Assembly: GCA_034440375.1 (NCBI GenBank)
Contig: JAWXBZ010000191.1
Location: 1-33,453, forward strand
DNA: 33,453 bases
Direction: 5' to 3'
Source of the DNA: Candidatus Eiseniibacteriota bacterium
GTDB lineage: Bacteria > Eisenbacteria > RBG-16-71-46 > JABDJR01 > JAWXBZ01
In this document: piece by piece, positions 21,135 to 30,810 of the stretch
How positions within the stretch are numbered: position 1 is the stretch's first letter
How the letters are laid out: the number at the start of each line of letters is the position of its first letter
The notes under the pieces: generated by a model
What the model was told of the DNA's origin: nothing
The model's input: only the letters and a program-made list of their open reading frames with translations
Database searches by the model: none
Program-made: the position numbers and the translations under genes

Positions 21135-21150
21135 AGCAAGGCGCGGGCCA
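21135..21150 (-). promoter_or_regulatory. Putative sigma-54 promoter for the repeat-protein gene
   Basis: Minus strand TGGCCCGCGCCTTGCT = TGGC-N7-TTGCT with exact GG-N10-GC spacing. Confidence 0.6.
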
Positions 21151-21329
21151 CTCGCTGACATACCAGATGGAAATCCTCACTCCCGGGTTGGGCCCACGGG
21201 AAAGAAGTGCCAGGATTGGAAGGACTGCTGGAGGAGGGGGACGAATTTTTCCAAAAGGAGTAGTCAATCTAACCGGGGGATCGGTCGAACCAGCCACGGA
21301 TCGATCGCCGCAAGCCTCAAATTACCGCG

Positions 21330-21765
21330 ATCCGAGTAAAACTTCCCGACCGACGCTAAGCCTCGGTCCCGGCCGAGACAATTCGTCTTCATTTCTCGCC
21401 GCCGGCCCGGGCTATGGCGAGGGTGCCCTCGCGGTCACGCTGAGTCAGCTCCGCGATAACGATCCGAACGGTTTCCCGCTCCTCTGGAGGAGAGTTCGTC
21501 CAGCACGTCGATTCCGTGACCGTTCTCGCGGATCCTCTGACTTTCGGTCTGTTCGTGAATACTGATGCATCGAACGGCAATTTCGGGATCGGGCTCGTCA
21601 GCGGACTGGTAAATCAACTGGACGGCCGGACCGTCCTGACTGACCTCCGGTGGCAGCGGATTGGCCAGAATCAACACATGGCTCCCAGCCTCCTGTCTCT
21701 CGACCAGGCCCTCCAGAATGCCGAGATGCTGGAAGGAATGCTGGTCCACTTCTCACATGGCGAAG
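21330..21765 (+). pseudogene. Possible degraded coding fragment cut by an IS end
   Basis: Two overlapping frames with protein-like composition; the second runs into the terminal repeat at 21766. No recognisable family. Confidence 0.25.
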
Positions 21766-21797
21766 TTTCAGACGCGGCTGATTATTATGACCCTACG
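21766..21797 (+). repeat. Solo IS right-end terminal repeat
   Basis: TTTCAGACGCGGCTGATTATTATGACCCTACG aligns without gaps to the other five copies. Confidence 0.8.
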
Positions 21798-21930
21798 GCC
21801 GGCATGATATTATCCTGAACATCATCCGTCCCCCAACCCTCCGAATAGGTTGCTCTCGGGAGGGATGGAGCGATAGACGTAATTCGGGAAGTTATTTGTC
21901 GGCGATTATTTTGCAACCATCGAGGAACGA

Positions 21931-23685
21931 ATGGCCAAAGCCACCGCCAAACGCACGCCTCCAAACCACGGCCTTGCCAAGGCCCCTACAGGTGTCCAGG
22001 GTCTGGATGAAATCACGGGGGGCGGCCTGCCGCGCGGCCGGCCCACGCTCGTCTGCGGTAGCGCCGGCTGCGGCAAGACGCTCCTTGCGATGGAGTTCCT
22101 GGTCCGTGGAGCCACACAGTTCGGTGAACCCGGCGTGTTCATGGCCTTCGAGGAGACTTCCAAGGAACTGACCGAGAACGTCCGCTCGCTCGGCTTCGAC
22201 CTGGACGAACTGGTCAAGCAAAAAAAGCTCGCCATCGACTTCGTACGGGTCGAGCGGAACGAAATCGAAGAAACCGGCGAATACGATCTGGAGGGGCTGT
22301 TCGTCCGCCTCAACTACTCGATCGATTCCATCGGCGCGAAACGGGTCGTGCTCGACACGATCGAGACGCTCTTCGGCGGTCTGTCCAACATGTCCATCCT
22401 GCGCGGCGAGCTGCGCCGGCTGTTCCGCTGGCTCAAAGACAAGGGTGTGACCGCCGTCATCACCGGCGAAACCGGCGACGGCACGCTCACCCGGCACGGC
22501 CTGGAAGAGTACGTGTCCGATTGCGTCATCCAGCTCGACCACCGGGTGGAGAACCAGGTTTCGACGCGGCGGCTGCGGATCGTCAAGTACCGGGGCACCA
22601 CGCACGGCACCAATGAATACCCCTTCCTGATCGACGAGGACGGCATCAGCGTCTTGCCCGTCACGTCCCTGGGATTGCTGCACGAGGTGAGCAACGAGCG
22701 AGTTTCGAGCGGCGTTCCGCGGCTCGACATGATGCTGAGCGGCGAGGGCTACTTCCGGGGCAGCACGGTCCTGATAACCGGCACGGCGGGCAGCGGCAAG
22801 ACCAGCCTCGCCGCCCACTTCGCTGTCGCCGCCTGCCAGCGCGGGGAACGCTGCCTGTATTTCTCCTTCGAGGAATCCCCGGGCCAACTGCTGCGCAACA
22901 TGCGCTCGATCGGCATCGACCTGGAGCCGTGGGTGAAGAAGGGCTTGCTGCAATTCCACTCCAGCCGCGCCGCGATCCACGGCCTGGAAATGCACCTGGC
23001 GACCATTCACAAATTGGTGCGCGACTTCCAACCGCGCGTGATGATCATGGATCCGATCGATACCCTTGTGGGGGCGGGGACGCGCCGGGACGCGACGGTG
23101 ATGCTGACCCGACTGATCGACTTCCTCAAGATCCAGGAGATCACGGCGCACTTGACCAACCTGACGGGTGCCGGCGAGGCCGTGGGAGAGACCGACATGG
23201 ACATTTCCTCCCTCGTGGACACCTGGCTGCTCTTGCGTGACCTCGAACTGGGCGGCGAGCGCAACCGGGTGATCAACGTCCTCAAGTCGCGCGGCATGGC
23301 CCATTCCAACCAGCTCCGCGAGTTCCTGCTCACCGACCGGGGGGTGGAATTGCAGGATGTGTACCTGGGCGCGGAGGGCGTCCTGACCGGCTCGGCGCGG
23401 CAGGCGCAAGAAGCCAGGGAAAAAGCCGTCACCATGCTGCGGCAGCAGGAAGTCGAAGGCAAGCAGCGCGAGCGGGAGCGGAGGCGGGAGGCGCTGGAAG
23501 CCCGCATCGTCGCCTTGCAGAAGGAGTTTGAAGCGGAAGAGGAAGAGGCCAAGCGGCTCAGCGCCGAGGTCCATGCGAGTCAGGAAGTCCTGGGGAAGGA
23601 CCGGGAGGAGATGGGTCGTAGCCGTAAGTCCGACGCGAACGAGACGACCGCCCGTTCCCGCAAGACACCGGGGAATCGCAAATGA
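21931..23685 (+). CDS. kaiC: Circadian clock-type ATPase/kinase KaiC (double domain, KaiC2-like)
   Basis: Two Walker A motifs ([16 protein letters not shown]), FEE motifs, KYRGTTH, phospho-site region [23 protein letters not shown], and a coiled-coil tail. Confidence 0.95.
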   Translation: MAKATAKRTPPNHGLAKAPTGVQGLDEITGGGLPRGRPTLVCGSAGCGKTLLAMEFLVRGATQFGEPGVFMAFEETSKELTENVRSLGFDLDELVKQKKLAIDFVRVERNEIEETGEYDLEGLFVRLNYSIDSIGAKRVVLDTIETLFGGLSNMSILRGELRRLFRWLKDKGVTAVITGETGDGTLTRHGLEEYVSDCVIQLDHRVENQVSTRRLRIVKYRGTTHGTNEYPFLIDEDGISVLPVTSLGLLHEVSNERVSSGVPRLDMMLSGEGYFRGSTVLITGTAGSGKTSLAAHFAVAACQRGERCLYFSFEESPGQLLRNMRSIGIDLEPWVKKGLLQFHSSRAAIHGLEMHLATIHKLVRDFQPRVMIMDPIDTLVGAGTRRDATVMLTRLIDFLKIQEITAHLTNLTGAGEAVGETDMDISSLVDTWLLLRDLELGGERNRVINVLKSRGMAHSNQLREFLLTDRGVELQDVYLGAEGVLTGSARQAQEAREKAVTMLRQQEVEGKQRERERRREALEARIVALQKEFEAEEEEAKRLSAEVHASQEVLGKDREEMGRSRKSDANETTARSRKTPGNRK

Positions 23686-24032
23686 GAAAATCGGGCATAT
23701 CCGATGGGGCGAAGGCTCATGTAACCGCACCGGCGACCGAAATGTTCGAACTGCGGTTGTACATCGCCGGGCAGACGCCGCGTTCCGTCACCGCCTTCGC
23801 CAACTTGAAGGAGATCTGCGAGGAACACCTGTCAGGACGCTACAAGATCGAAGTCATCGACCTTCTCCTGCACCCGCAACTGGCCGCCGGCGACCAGATC
23901 GTGGCGATTCCGACGCTTGTGCGAAAACTCCCGGAACCGCTCCGCCGGATCGTGGGCGATCTGTCCAATACGGAACGAGCGCTGGTCGGATTGCAATTGC
24001 GGCCCGTGACGCAAAAAGACCCAACCTCGTGA
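23682..24032 (+). CDS. kaiB: KaiB
   Basis: [29 protein letters not shown]...[12 protein letters not shown]...[15 protein letters not shown] overlap with kaiC. Confidence 0.95.
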   Translation: MRKSGISDGAKAHVTAPATEMFELRLYIAGQTPRSVTAFANLKEICEEHLSGRYKIEVIDLLLHPQLAAGDQIVAIPTLVRKLPEPLRRIVGDLSNTERALVGLQLRPVTQKDPTS

Positions 24033-24373
24033 AAATACGAATGAATGCAAAGGACGGCAGACCCACGGCGGGCGCCGAGGTGCCGGCCGACGCTCAGGAC
24101 CGATACATTCTGCGCCTGTATGTCACCGGCATGACGCCGCGCTCGACGCAGGCGTTCGCCGCCATCAAGGCGGTCTGCGAGGAACACCTGCATGGGCGCT
24201 ACGACCTGGAGGTGATCGACATTTACCAGCACCCGCAACTGGCGAAGGACGAGCAGATCGTCGCCGTGCCTACGCTGGTTAAAAAACTGCCGGCGCCCTT
24301 GCGCCGATTGATCGGAGACCTGTCCGACATGGAGCGGGTGCTATTCGGCCTCGACCTGCGGCACAAGACCTAA
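24029..24373 (+). CDS. kaiB: KaiB, second copy
   Basis: [14 protein letters not shown]...[20 protein letters not shown]...[21 protein letters not shown]. Start is GTG 24029 (GTGA overlap) or ATG 24041. Confidence 0.93.
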   Translation: MKIRMNAKDGRPTAGAEVPADAQDRYILRLYVTGMTPRSTQAFAAIKAVCEEHLHGRYDLEVIDIYQHPQLAKDEQIVAVPTLVKKLPAPLRRLIGDLSDMERVLFGLDLRHKT

Positions 24374-24386
24374 CAAGAGAAAACGG

Positions 24387-26072
24387 ATGACGGGCGCGAA
24401 TCTACAAGAGGAAAACGACGACCTCCGGCGACGGCTCGAAGAAGCCGAGGAGGTGATCCGGGCCATTCACAGCGGCACGGTGGACGCCTTCGTGATCGCG
24501 GAGCCGCACGGGAATCGCATCTACACGCTGGAGAGCGCGGACCGTCCCTACCGCCTGCTGGTCGAGCAGATGCAGCAGGGGGCAGTTACGCTGAGCACCG
24601 ACGGCGCCATCGCCTACTGCAACCGCCGCTTTGCCGACTTGCTGCGCTGGCCGCACGAGCGACTGACCGGGGTCGCCTTCCGCGACTTCATCCCACCCGA
24701 AGGACAGGCTCCGTACGAGAACTTGTTGGAACAGTGCCACACCGGCGCCGGCCAGGGCGAGGCTCACTTGCAGAAGTCGGACGGCGGTCTGATCCCGGTC
24801 TTTCTCACCTTCAACGCGCTCCCGCCGGACTGCGGGGCCGCGATCGGCGTCCTCGTGACGGACCTGACGACGCAACGGCATCATGAGAAACTCGGCGCCG
24901 CCGTGGAGGCGCTCAAGCAGTCCGACCGCCACAAGAACGAGTTCCTGGCGATGCTGGCCCACGAACTTCGCAACCCGCTCGCCCCGATCCGCAACGCCCT
25001 GCAGATCTTGAGCCTGAAGGGCGGCAGAGGCAAGGCAAACGCATCGGCGACCGCGATGATAGAGCGTCAGGTCAACCAGATGGTCCGCTTGGTGGACGAC
25101 CTGCTCGACGTGAGCCGAATCGAGCAGGGCAAGATCAACCTGCACAGGGAACGGGTCGAACTGGCGTCGGTCGTACGCAACGCCGTCGAAGCGGCTCGCT
25201 CGCTGTACCAGGGCAGGAACCATGAACTGACGGTCGTGTTGCCGCCCGAGCCGATATACCTGAACGCCGACCCGACCCGGCTGGCTCAGGTGGTAGGCAA
25301 CCTTTTGAACAACGCATGCAAGTTCACTGACAAGGGCGGCCGGATATGGCTCACCGTCGAGCGAGACCCCCCCCAGCTCCCCCCTTCGCAAGGCGGGACA
25401 GGGGGGGGTGCGGTCATCCGGGTGCGGGATAACGGCATCGGCATCGCCGCCGACCAGCTCCCCTACATCTTCGACATGTTCACGCAGATCGACACCTCTA
25501 TCGAGCGTTCGGTCAGCGGACTGGGCATCGGCCTGACGTTGGTGAAAAAACTGATGCAAATGCACGAGGGTACGGTGGAGGCCCACAGCGGCGGCGCCAA
25601 TCAGGGGAGTGAGTTCATTGCGCGATTTCAGATCTCGGATTTCGGATTGGCGGATGGTTCTTCAATCGTCAATCCTCAATCCGAAATCCGAGATCCGAAA
25701 TCGAGACGCATCCTGGTTGTCGATGACAACCGGGACTCGGCCGATTCGCTGGCGATGTTGTTGACGCTGACCGGCAACGTGACACACATCGCCTACGACG
25801 GCATCGAAGCGGTCGAGGCGGCAGCGGCGTTCCGGCCCGACGTGGTGCTGCTCGACATCGGCCTGCCAAAGTTGAATGGTTATGACGCCTGCCGCAAGAT
25901 ACGAGAACAGCCCTGGAACACGGGGATGGTGTTGATTGCCCTGACCGGATGGGGACAGGATGGGGACCGCCGCAAGTCCCATGAGGCCGGGTTCGACGGC
26001 CATTTGGTGAAGCCGGTGGAGCTCGACATCCTCATGAAGCTGCTGGCCGAGTTATTGCCGACCCCGGCTTGA
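24387..26072 (+). CDS. PAS-domain hybrid histidine kinase-response regulator
   Basis: N-terminal coiled coil, PAS, H-box LAHELRNPL, N-box NLLNNACKF, DNGIG and GLGIGL, REC domain ILVVDD...LLDIGLP...KP. Confidence 0.93.
   Translation: MTGANLQEENDDLRRRLEEAEEVIRAIHSGTVDAFVIAEPHGNRIYTLESADRPYRLLVEQMQQGAVTLSTDGAIAYCNRRFADLLRWPHERLTGVAFRDFIPPEGQAPYENLLEQCHTGAGQGEAHLQKSDGGLIPVFLTFNALPPDCGAAIGVLVTDLTTQRHHEKLGAAVEALKQSDRHKNEFLAMLAHELRNPLAPIRNALQILSLKGGRGKANASATAMIERQVNQMVRLVDDLLDVSRIEQGKINLHRERVELASVVRNAVEAARSLYQGRNHELTVVLPPEPIYLNADPTRLAQVVGNLLNNACKFTDKGGRIWLTVERDPPQLPPSQGGTGGGAVIRVRDNGIGIAADQLPYIFDMFTQIDTSIERSVSGLGIGLTLVKKLMQMHEGTVEAHSGGANQGSEFIARFQISDFGLADGSSIVNPQSEIRDPKSRRILVVDDNRDSADSLAMLLTLTGNVTHIAYDGIEAVEAAAAFRPDVVLLDIGLPKLNGYDACRKIREQPWNTGMVLIALTGWGQDGDRRKSHEAGFDGHLVKPVELDILMKLLAELLPTPA
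25366..25409. repeat. REP-like C/G-rich palindrome within the kinase reading frame
   Basis: ACCCCCCCC-AGCT-CCCCCCTT-CGC-AAGGCGGG-ACA-GGGGGGGGT, encoding DPPQLPPSQGGTGGG. Confidence 0.8.
25623..25703. repeat. Heptamer-based palindrome (27-bp arms) in the HATPase-REC linker
   Basis: 25623-25649 and 25677-25703 are reverse complements with one mismatch, built from (A)ATCCGA-type 7-mers. Confidence 0.9.
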
Positions 26073-26099
26073 TCTTGGCGTCGGCCTTTTGCGGCACGA

Positions 26100-26204
26100 T
26101 CTCCGTTGCCTTTTGTCTGGCTCCGCGGGCAGATGGCTCAGGGCGTGCGCCGCGGATCGAGATATGACGATACTTCTGGCACGGCTGAATAATTTGACCC
26201 TACG
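26100..26204 (+). mobile_element. Solo right-end segment of the integrase-core IS
   Basis: Terminal repeat CTTCTGGCACGGCTGAATAATTTGACCCTACG at 26173-26204. The upstream 45-70 nt align with about 32370-32435 and 14660-14708. Confidence 0.8.
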
Positions 26205-26490
26205 GGCGCGCGGAAATGCTACCGGTGAGCCGGAACTACCTCCATCACTTCCGGCAGATGTAGGGCGGGGTGGCCAGACTCCAGGTCTGTTCGACTCGGG
26301 CACTCCGGGCGAAGTTGACAGACCGACCGCCGTTGGCCCCATAATGCGCGGGCTCAACTTCAACCGCCCACCCTCCGGAGCAGCTCCCGCGACGAGGAGG
26401 CGCGTCCGGCGCCGCAGGAGCTTGCCGATGGTGATTGACGCATTGATGGTCAGAGGACACGAGGCGCTCAAGGCGCGGGCACGCTAGCGG

Positions 26491-29367
26491 GTGACGGAAC
26501 ACACCCTCCAGGCTGGCGACCGGCTCTCCCACTACCGGATTGTGAGCCCCCTGGGATCGGGCGGCATGGGCGAGGTGTACCTTGCCCAGGATCTCACCCT
26601 CGAGCGCAGTGTGGCGCTAAAGGTCCTCCCGGCGCAGCTGGTCCGTAACGATGAGCGGCTGCGGCGCTTCGTCCTTGAAGCCAGGGCGGCGTCCTCGCTC
26701 AACCACCCGGGCATCGTCACGATCCACGAGATCGGTTCGGGCGAGATCGAGCGTGCGGGTGAGGCGTCGGGTCCGATCCACTTCATCGCCATGGAGCGGA
26801 TCGACGGGCGTACGCTGCACGAGCTGATCCATGACGACAAGGAAGACCTGCGCCGCCTGCTCGGCTACCTCGCCCAGGCCGCGGACGGCATCGCCAAGGC
26901 TCACGCGGCCGGGATCGTCCACCGCGACCTCAAGCCGGGCAACATCATGGTCTCGCGGGACGGCTTCGCCAAGGTGCTCGACTTCGGACTGGCCAAGCTG
27001 ACGGAAGCCGGGCCCGAGGCCGAGAACGCCAGCCTGGCGCCGACACGTGCCGCCGAGCAGACGAGCGCGGGGACGTTGCTGGGCACCGTCGGCTACATGT
27101 CGCCTGAGCAGGTGCGGGGAAAGTCAGTCGACTTCCGTTCCGATATCTTCTCGTTCGGCTGCATCCTCTACGAGGCCGTGACGCGGAAGCGCGCATTCGC
27201 GGCGGACTCCGCCGTGGACACGATGCACAAGATCCTGCACGATGCGCCTGTCGAGACGCAGGAACTGAACCCGAAGGCGCCCGCCGACCTGCGACGCCTC
27301 GTGCGGCGCTGCCTCGCCAAGAGCCCCGACCAGCGCCTTCAGTCGATGAAGGATCTTGCCATCGAACTGAGGGAGATCGCCGACGATTTCGATTCGCTCT
27401 CGGATTCGGCGAGTTCGGGGAGCGGCATCGAGGCCGTAGGATTGGCACCCCGCACCGCCCGAAGCCGTGCGCCGATGATCGGCGGGGCGATCGCCGCGGC
27501 ACTCGCGATCACGGCGCTGGCAATCGGAATCCCGCGCCTCCTGGATCGTGGCGCTGGCAGGTCCATGGACGCGGCGCCGGCCGCCGGGCTGAATGTGACG
27601 AGCATTTCGGGCCGGGCGGGTGTTTCCGGCGTGGCCATCTCCGGCGACGGCCGCTACCTCGCCTACCCGGTCAATGCCTCGGGCATGTCGTCGATCTGGA
27701 TCCGGCAGGTCGCCACGGGGAGCGAGGTCCAGGTCGTGCCCCCGCGCAAGGAGTTCGTGGCAGTCCCCCGCTTCTCCGCGACCGGGGACTACGTCTTCTT
27801 TCTCGGCCAGGACCCGGATCATCCGACGATGGCCTCGCTGGAGCGGGTACCGACCCTGGGCGGTCCATCGACCGTGGTGGCTTCCGACGTCGGCTACCGT
27901 TTCAGCGTGACACGAGACGGCAAGAGTGTCTGCTTCGTCCGGTCCAATCCCAAGTCCGGGAAGGCTTCGGCAATCGTGCGCGACCTCGAGTCCGGCCAGG
28001 AAAAGACGCTGGCGACCGTGGCGGAGCCGCTCATATTCCAGGGCCCTCCCACGCTGTCTCCCGATGGCAGGAGATTCGTCACGGCCATCCACACGGCGGA
28101 GAAGGGGATCCACGGACAGTTGGCGTCGATCGATGCGACAACCCTGGCGCAGACCCGTTTCGGCCCCACGGGATGGGAGGCGGGCTCTTTCGAGTGGTTT
28201 CCGGACGGCAAGGCGCTCGTCATGACCGCGTACAAGTTTGGCGAGCACGAACAAACCCAGCTTTTCCTCGTGTCGTATCCCGACGGTCGATACCGGAGGA
28301 TCACGAGCGATTCCAACGGCTACAATGAGTTCGGCATGACCGCGGATGGCCTGACGATCGCGGCATTCCGCTCGGCCAGAGTGTCGAACGTCTGGAGCGT
28401 CCCCTTCTTTGCCAAGGCAAGGCCGAAACAGCTCACATTCAACGCCAGCAGCGCCAGTGCCGTCGGATCGTTCGTCGTGTCGGGAGACAGCACCATCGCC
28501 TTCAGCGCCGCCACCGGTCACAACACCCACATCTGGACACTCGACGGGAATGGCCAGGCGCCGCGTCAGATCACGCCGGGAGCGAACGGCGAAGAGGTCA
28601 ATCGCGCCCTCCTGGGCGACGAACTCATCGTATCCCGCACGGGGTCGGACTACACCGCGCATATCTTCGTCATGAATCGTGACGGGGGCAACGTACGTCC
28701 GCTTGTCAGCGGCACCGGGGAGTGGTTCCAGGGGCTCAGCCCCGATGGCAAGACCCTGCTCTACACGCGCGTCGATTCGCTGCGCGCCCTCTTCGCGGTT
28801 CCCGTCGCCGGGGGCGAGCCGCGCATGGTCTCGTCGTCCTACGACTACACCGTGGATGTTTCGCCCGACAATCGCACCGTCGCCTATTTCGAGCCGGCGG
28901 AACTGGAAGGCGCGTCCATCACATGCGTCGTCGCGCCGATCGAAGGGGGAGCGCCGATCGCAGGGGGAGCGCCGATCGCAACGTTCACGTTACCGCCGCA
29001 ATCCCACGCGCTGAGGTGGACGCCGGACGGCAAGGCGCTCTCCTTCCTGGTGCGGAAGGACGGCACCTCCAATCTCTTCCTGCAGTCGCTTGCCGGCGGG
29101 CCGCCCCGGCTGGTGACGCAACTGACCGAAGGGACGATCGACGACTATCGCTGGTCCCCCGACGGACTGAGCCTCGTGCTGAAACGCACGATCGCGGATG
29201 TCGCCAACCTCTGGAGCGCCGGCACCGACGGCCGCGCACCCGAACCGATCACCGACTTCGCGACGGGGTCGATCTTCGCGATCGACATCTCCAGGGACGG
29301 AAGGACGATCTACTTCCTCTACGGCAACGAGAGCAACGACATCGTCCTGCTGAACAACTTCCGCTAG
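26491..29367 (+). CDS. Hanks-type Ser/Thr kinase with TM helix and PD40/TolB-like beta-propeller
   Basis: GSGGMG, VALK, HRDLKPGN, DFG and YMSPE; TM IGGAIAAALAITALAIG; SPDG/WTPDG repeats. Confidence 0.92.
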   Translation: MTEHTLQAGDRLSHYRIVSPLGSGGMGEVYLAQDLTLERSVALKVLPAQLVRNDERLRRFVLEARAASSLNHPGIVTIHEIGSGEIERAGEASGPIHFIAMERIDGRTLHELIHDDKEDLRRLLGYLAQAADGIAKAHAAGIVHRDLKPGNIMVSRDGFAKVLDFGLAKLTEAGPEAENASLAPTRAAEQTSAGTLLGTVGYMSPEQVRGKSVDFRSDIFSFGCILYEAVTRKRAFAADSAVDTMHKILHDAPVETQELNPKAPADLRRLVRRCLAKSPDQRLQSMKDLAIELREIADDFDSLSDSASSGSGIEAVGLAPRTARSRAPMIGGAIAAALAITALAIGIPRLLDRGAGRSMDAAPAAGLNVTSISGRAGVSGVAISGDGRYLAYPVNASGMSSIWIRQVATGSEVQVVPPRKEFVAVPRFSATGDYVFFLGQDPDHPTMASLERVPTLGGPSTVVASDVGYRFSVTRDGKSVCFVRSNPKSGKASAIVRDLESGQEKTLATVAEPLIFQGPPTLSPDGRRFVTAIHTAEKGIHGQLASIDATTLAQTRFGPTGWEAGSFEWFPDGKALVMTAYKFGEHEQTQLFLVSYPDGRYRRITSDSNGYNEFGMTADGLTIAAFRSARVSNVWSVPFFAKARPKQLTFNASSASAVGSFVVSGDSTIAFSAATGHNTHIWTLDGNGQAPRQITPGANGEEVNRALLGDELIVSRTGSDYTAHIFVMNRDGGNVRPLVSGTGEWFQGLSPDGKTLLYTRVDSLRALFAVPVAGGEPRMVSSSYDYTVDVSPDNRTVAYFEPAELEGASITCVVAPIEGGAPIAGGAPIATFTLPPQSHALRWTPDGKALSFLVRKDGTSNLFLQSLAGGPPRLVTQLTEGTIDDYRWSPDGLSLVLKRTIADVANLWSAGTDGRAPEPITDFATGSIFAIDISRDGRTIYFLYGNESNDIVLLNNFR
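28933..28980 (+). repeat. 18-nt in-frame tandem repeat (about 2.7 units)
   Basis: GCGCCGATCG(A/C)AGGGGGA twice plus a partial unit, encoding APIEGG-APIAGG-APIA. Confidence 0.85.
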
Positions 29368-30185
29368 CGGCCCGGAGGCGTGGAACGCTCGCGCAGCCTC
29401 TCGATCTCCCGACGCAAGCCCCTGACCTCCTCGAGGATCTGCCGGGTATGCGCCTCGCCCTCACCCCTCAGGTCTTCCGCGATCTGAGATTGCATGGCAT
29501 TGACGACCACCGCGATGAACAGGTTCAGGATCATGAAGGTCGCGATGAGCAGGTAGACGGCGAAGAAGATCCAGGCCAGCGGCGCCTCGGCCATGACGCC
29601 GCGCGCGATGTCGGGCCACCCCTCGACGGTCATCACCTGGAACAACGTGAAGAGTGACGTCGTGAGAGTCCCGAAGTACTCCGGCGAGATGTCGCGGAAG
29701 AGCTTCGTGGCCAGCACCGACGACACGTAGAGCACGAGCCCCATCAGGCCAATGATGGACGCCATCCCCGGCATGGCGGAGAGCAGCGCACCGACCACCC
29801 CGCGCATCGAGGGCACGAGCGAGACCAGCCGCAGCATCCGCAGCACCCGCAAGGAACGCAGGACGCTGAAGGCACCCCCGACCGGCATGACCGCGATCCC
29901 GACGATCAGCAGATCGAACACCCGCCAGGGGTCGTGGGCGAAACGACTCCGATAGACGAATAAACGGGCCAGCAACTCGGCGACGAAGATGGCCAACACC
30001 ATGCGATCGATCAGGCGAAACCAGTCTCCGAATCGCGCCACGATCGCCGGCGAGGACTCCAGTCCGAGCGTGATGGCATTGGCCAGGATCAGCCCGGTAA
30101 TGGCCCGCTCGAAGCGGGTATTCTCGATGAGGGCACGGACGCGCTCGCGTACGCCGGACGAACTCTCCGGGTGATTCGTGTTGAT
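29364..30185 (-). CDS. Bacterial voltage-gated cation channel (BacNav/ion transporter family)
   Basis: S1 LILANAITLGLE, S3 PWRVFDLLIV, S4 LRSLRVLRMLRL, filter FQVMTVEGWPD, S6 LNLFIAVVVNAM, coiled-coil tail. The frame extends upstream of GTG 30041 to ATC 30185 behind GAGGAGG (273 aa). Confidence 0.9.
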   Translation of the reverse strand: MNTNHPESSSGVRERVRALIENTRFERAITGLILANAITLGLESSPAIVARFGDWFRLIDRMVLAIFVAELLARLFVYRSRFAHDPWRVFDLLIVGIAVMPVGGAFSVLRSLRVLRMLRLVSLVPSMRGVVGALLSAMPGMASIIGLMGLVLYVSSVLATKLFRDISPEYFGTLTTSLFTLFQVMTVEGWPDIARGVMAEAPLAWIFFAVYLLIATFMILNLFIAVVVNAMQSQIAEDLRGEGEAHTRQILEEVRGLRREIERLRERSTPPGR

Positions 30186-30399
30186 ACGTCCTCCTCGGGG
30201 CAGTCTGAGGCCTCAAAATGCGGGGTCACTGTATGGTCCGCCCAAATCCGCATGGGATACCGTCGGCGGCACGAGCGGCAGCTTAGGGGGTTCGGGACCC
30301 GGGCACCAGTTGGTCCGTCGCCGGCCCGGGATGATCTTCCAGGCGCGGCCTACAGTGCCTGCTCCCCCCGGCCTGGTGTAGATTGTCCCCATGCCCCTG

Positions 30400-30610
30400 A
30401 CCCCCGGAACCCGCCTGGAGACGATAGAAATGAACGCCCGATGCGATTCCAGCGGTATTGAATTCACATTCGTGAGGTCCTGCGTACAGCAGAACGTTTG
30501 CGAGCGTGGTGACGGCGCGTCCGGTCACGTCGAAGACCCCTTCACGAGATCGCGCTTACGCGGGTCAAGCGGACTCATAGTTCGACGGATGAGGGGGCGT
30601 GCGGATTTCC
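30400..30610 (-). pseudogene. Remnant of a T9SS/FlgD-like C-terminal domain
   Basis: VFDVTGRAVTTLAN...AGPHE..FN..GIASGVHFYRLQAG, frameshifted upstream and with no attached gene. Confidence 0.6.
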
Positions 30611-30810
30611 CACATCCGGCTTTCGGACAAGGATTCACGCGTTGCCCACGACACGCTGCGGTTCGGTGTCTCATCCACGTTGGCAGAGAGGGCTTATCTC
30701 GATAACAAGGTAGCACTTACAGAATACCGGTTGCAGAGCGGGAACGATTGCAATAAGTTAAACACTGTACTGGTGACTGGATAGTAAAGCGAATAACAAG
30801 GAGGCGCGAT

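Noticed and set aside
21892-23730. Long antisense ORFs (612 aa opposite kaiC; also 6880..8376, 27124..28662, 24402..25586, 2705..3475)
   Set aside because: Shadow frames of high-GC genes with no recognisable motifs; the opposite strand carries clear family signatures.
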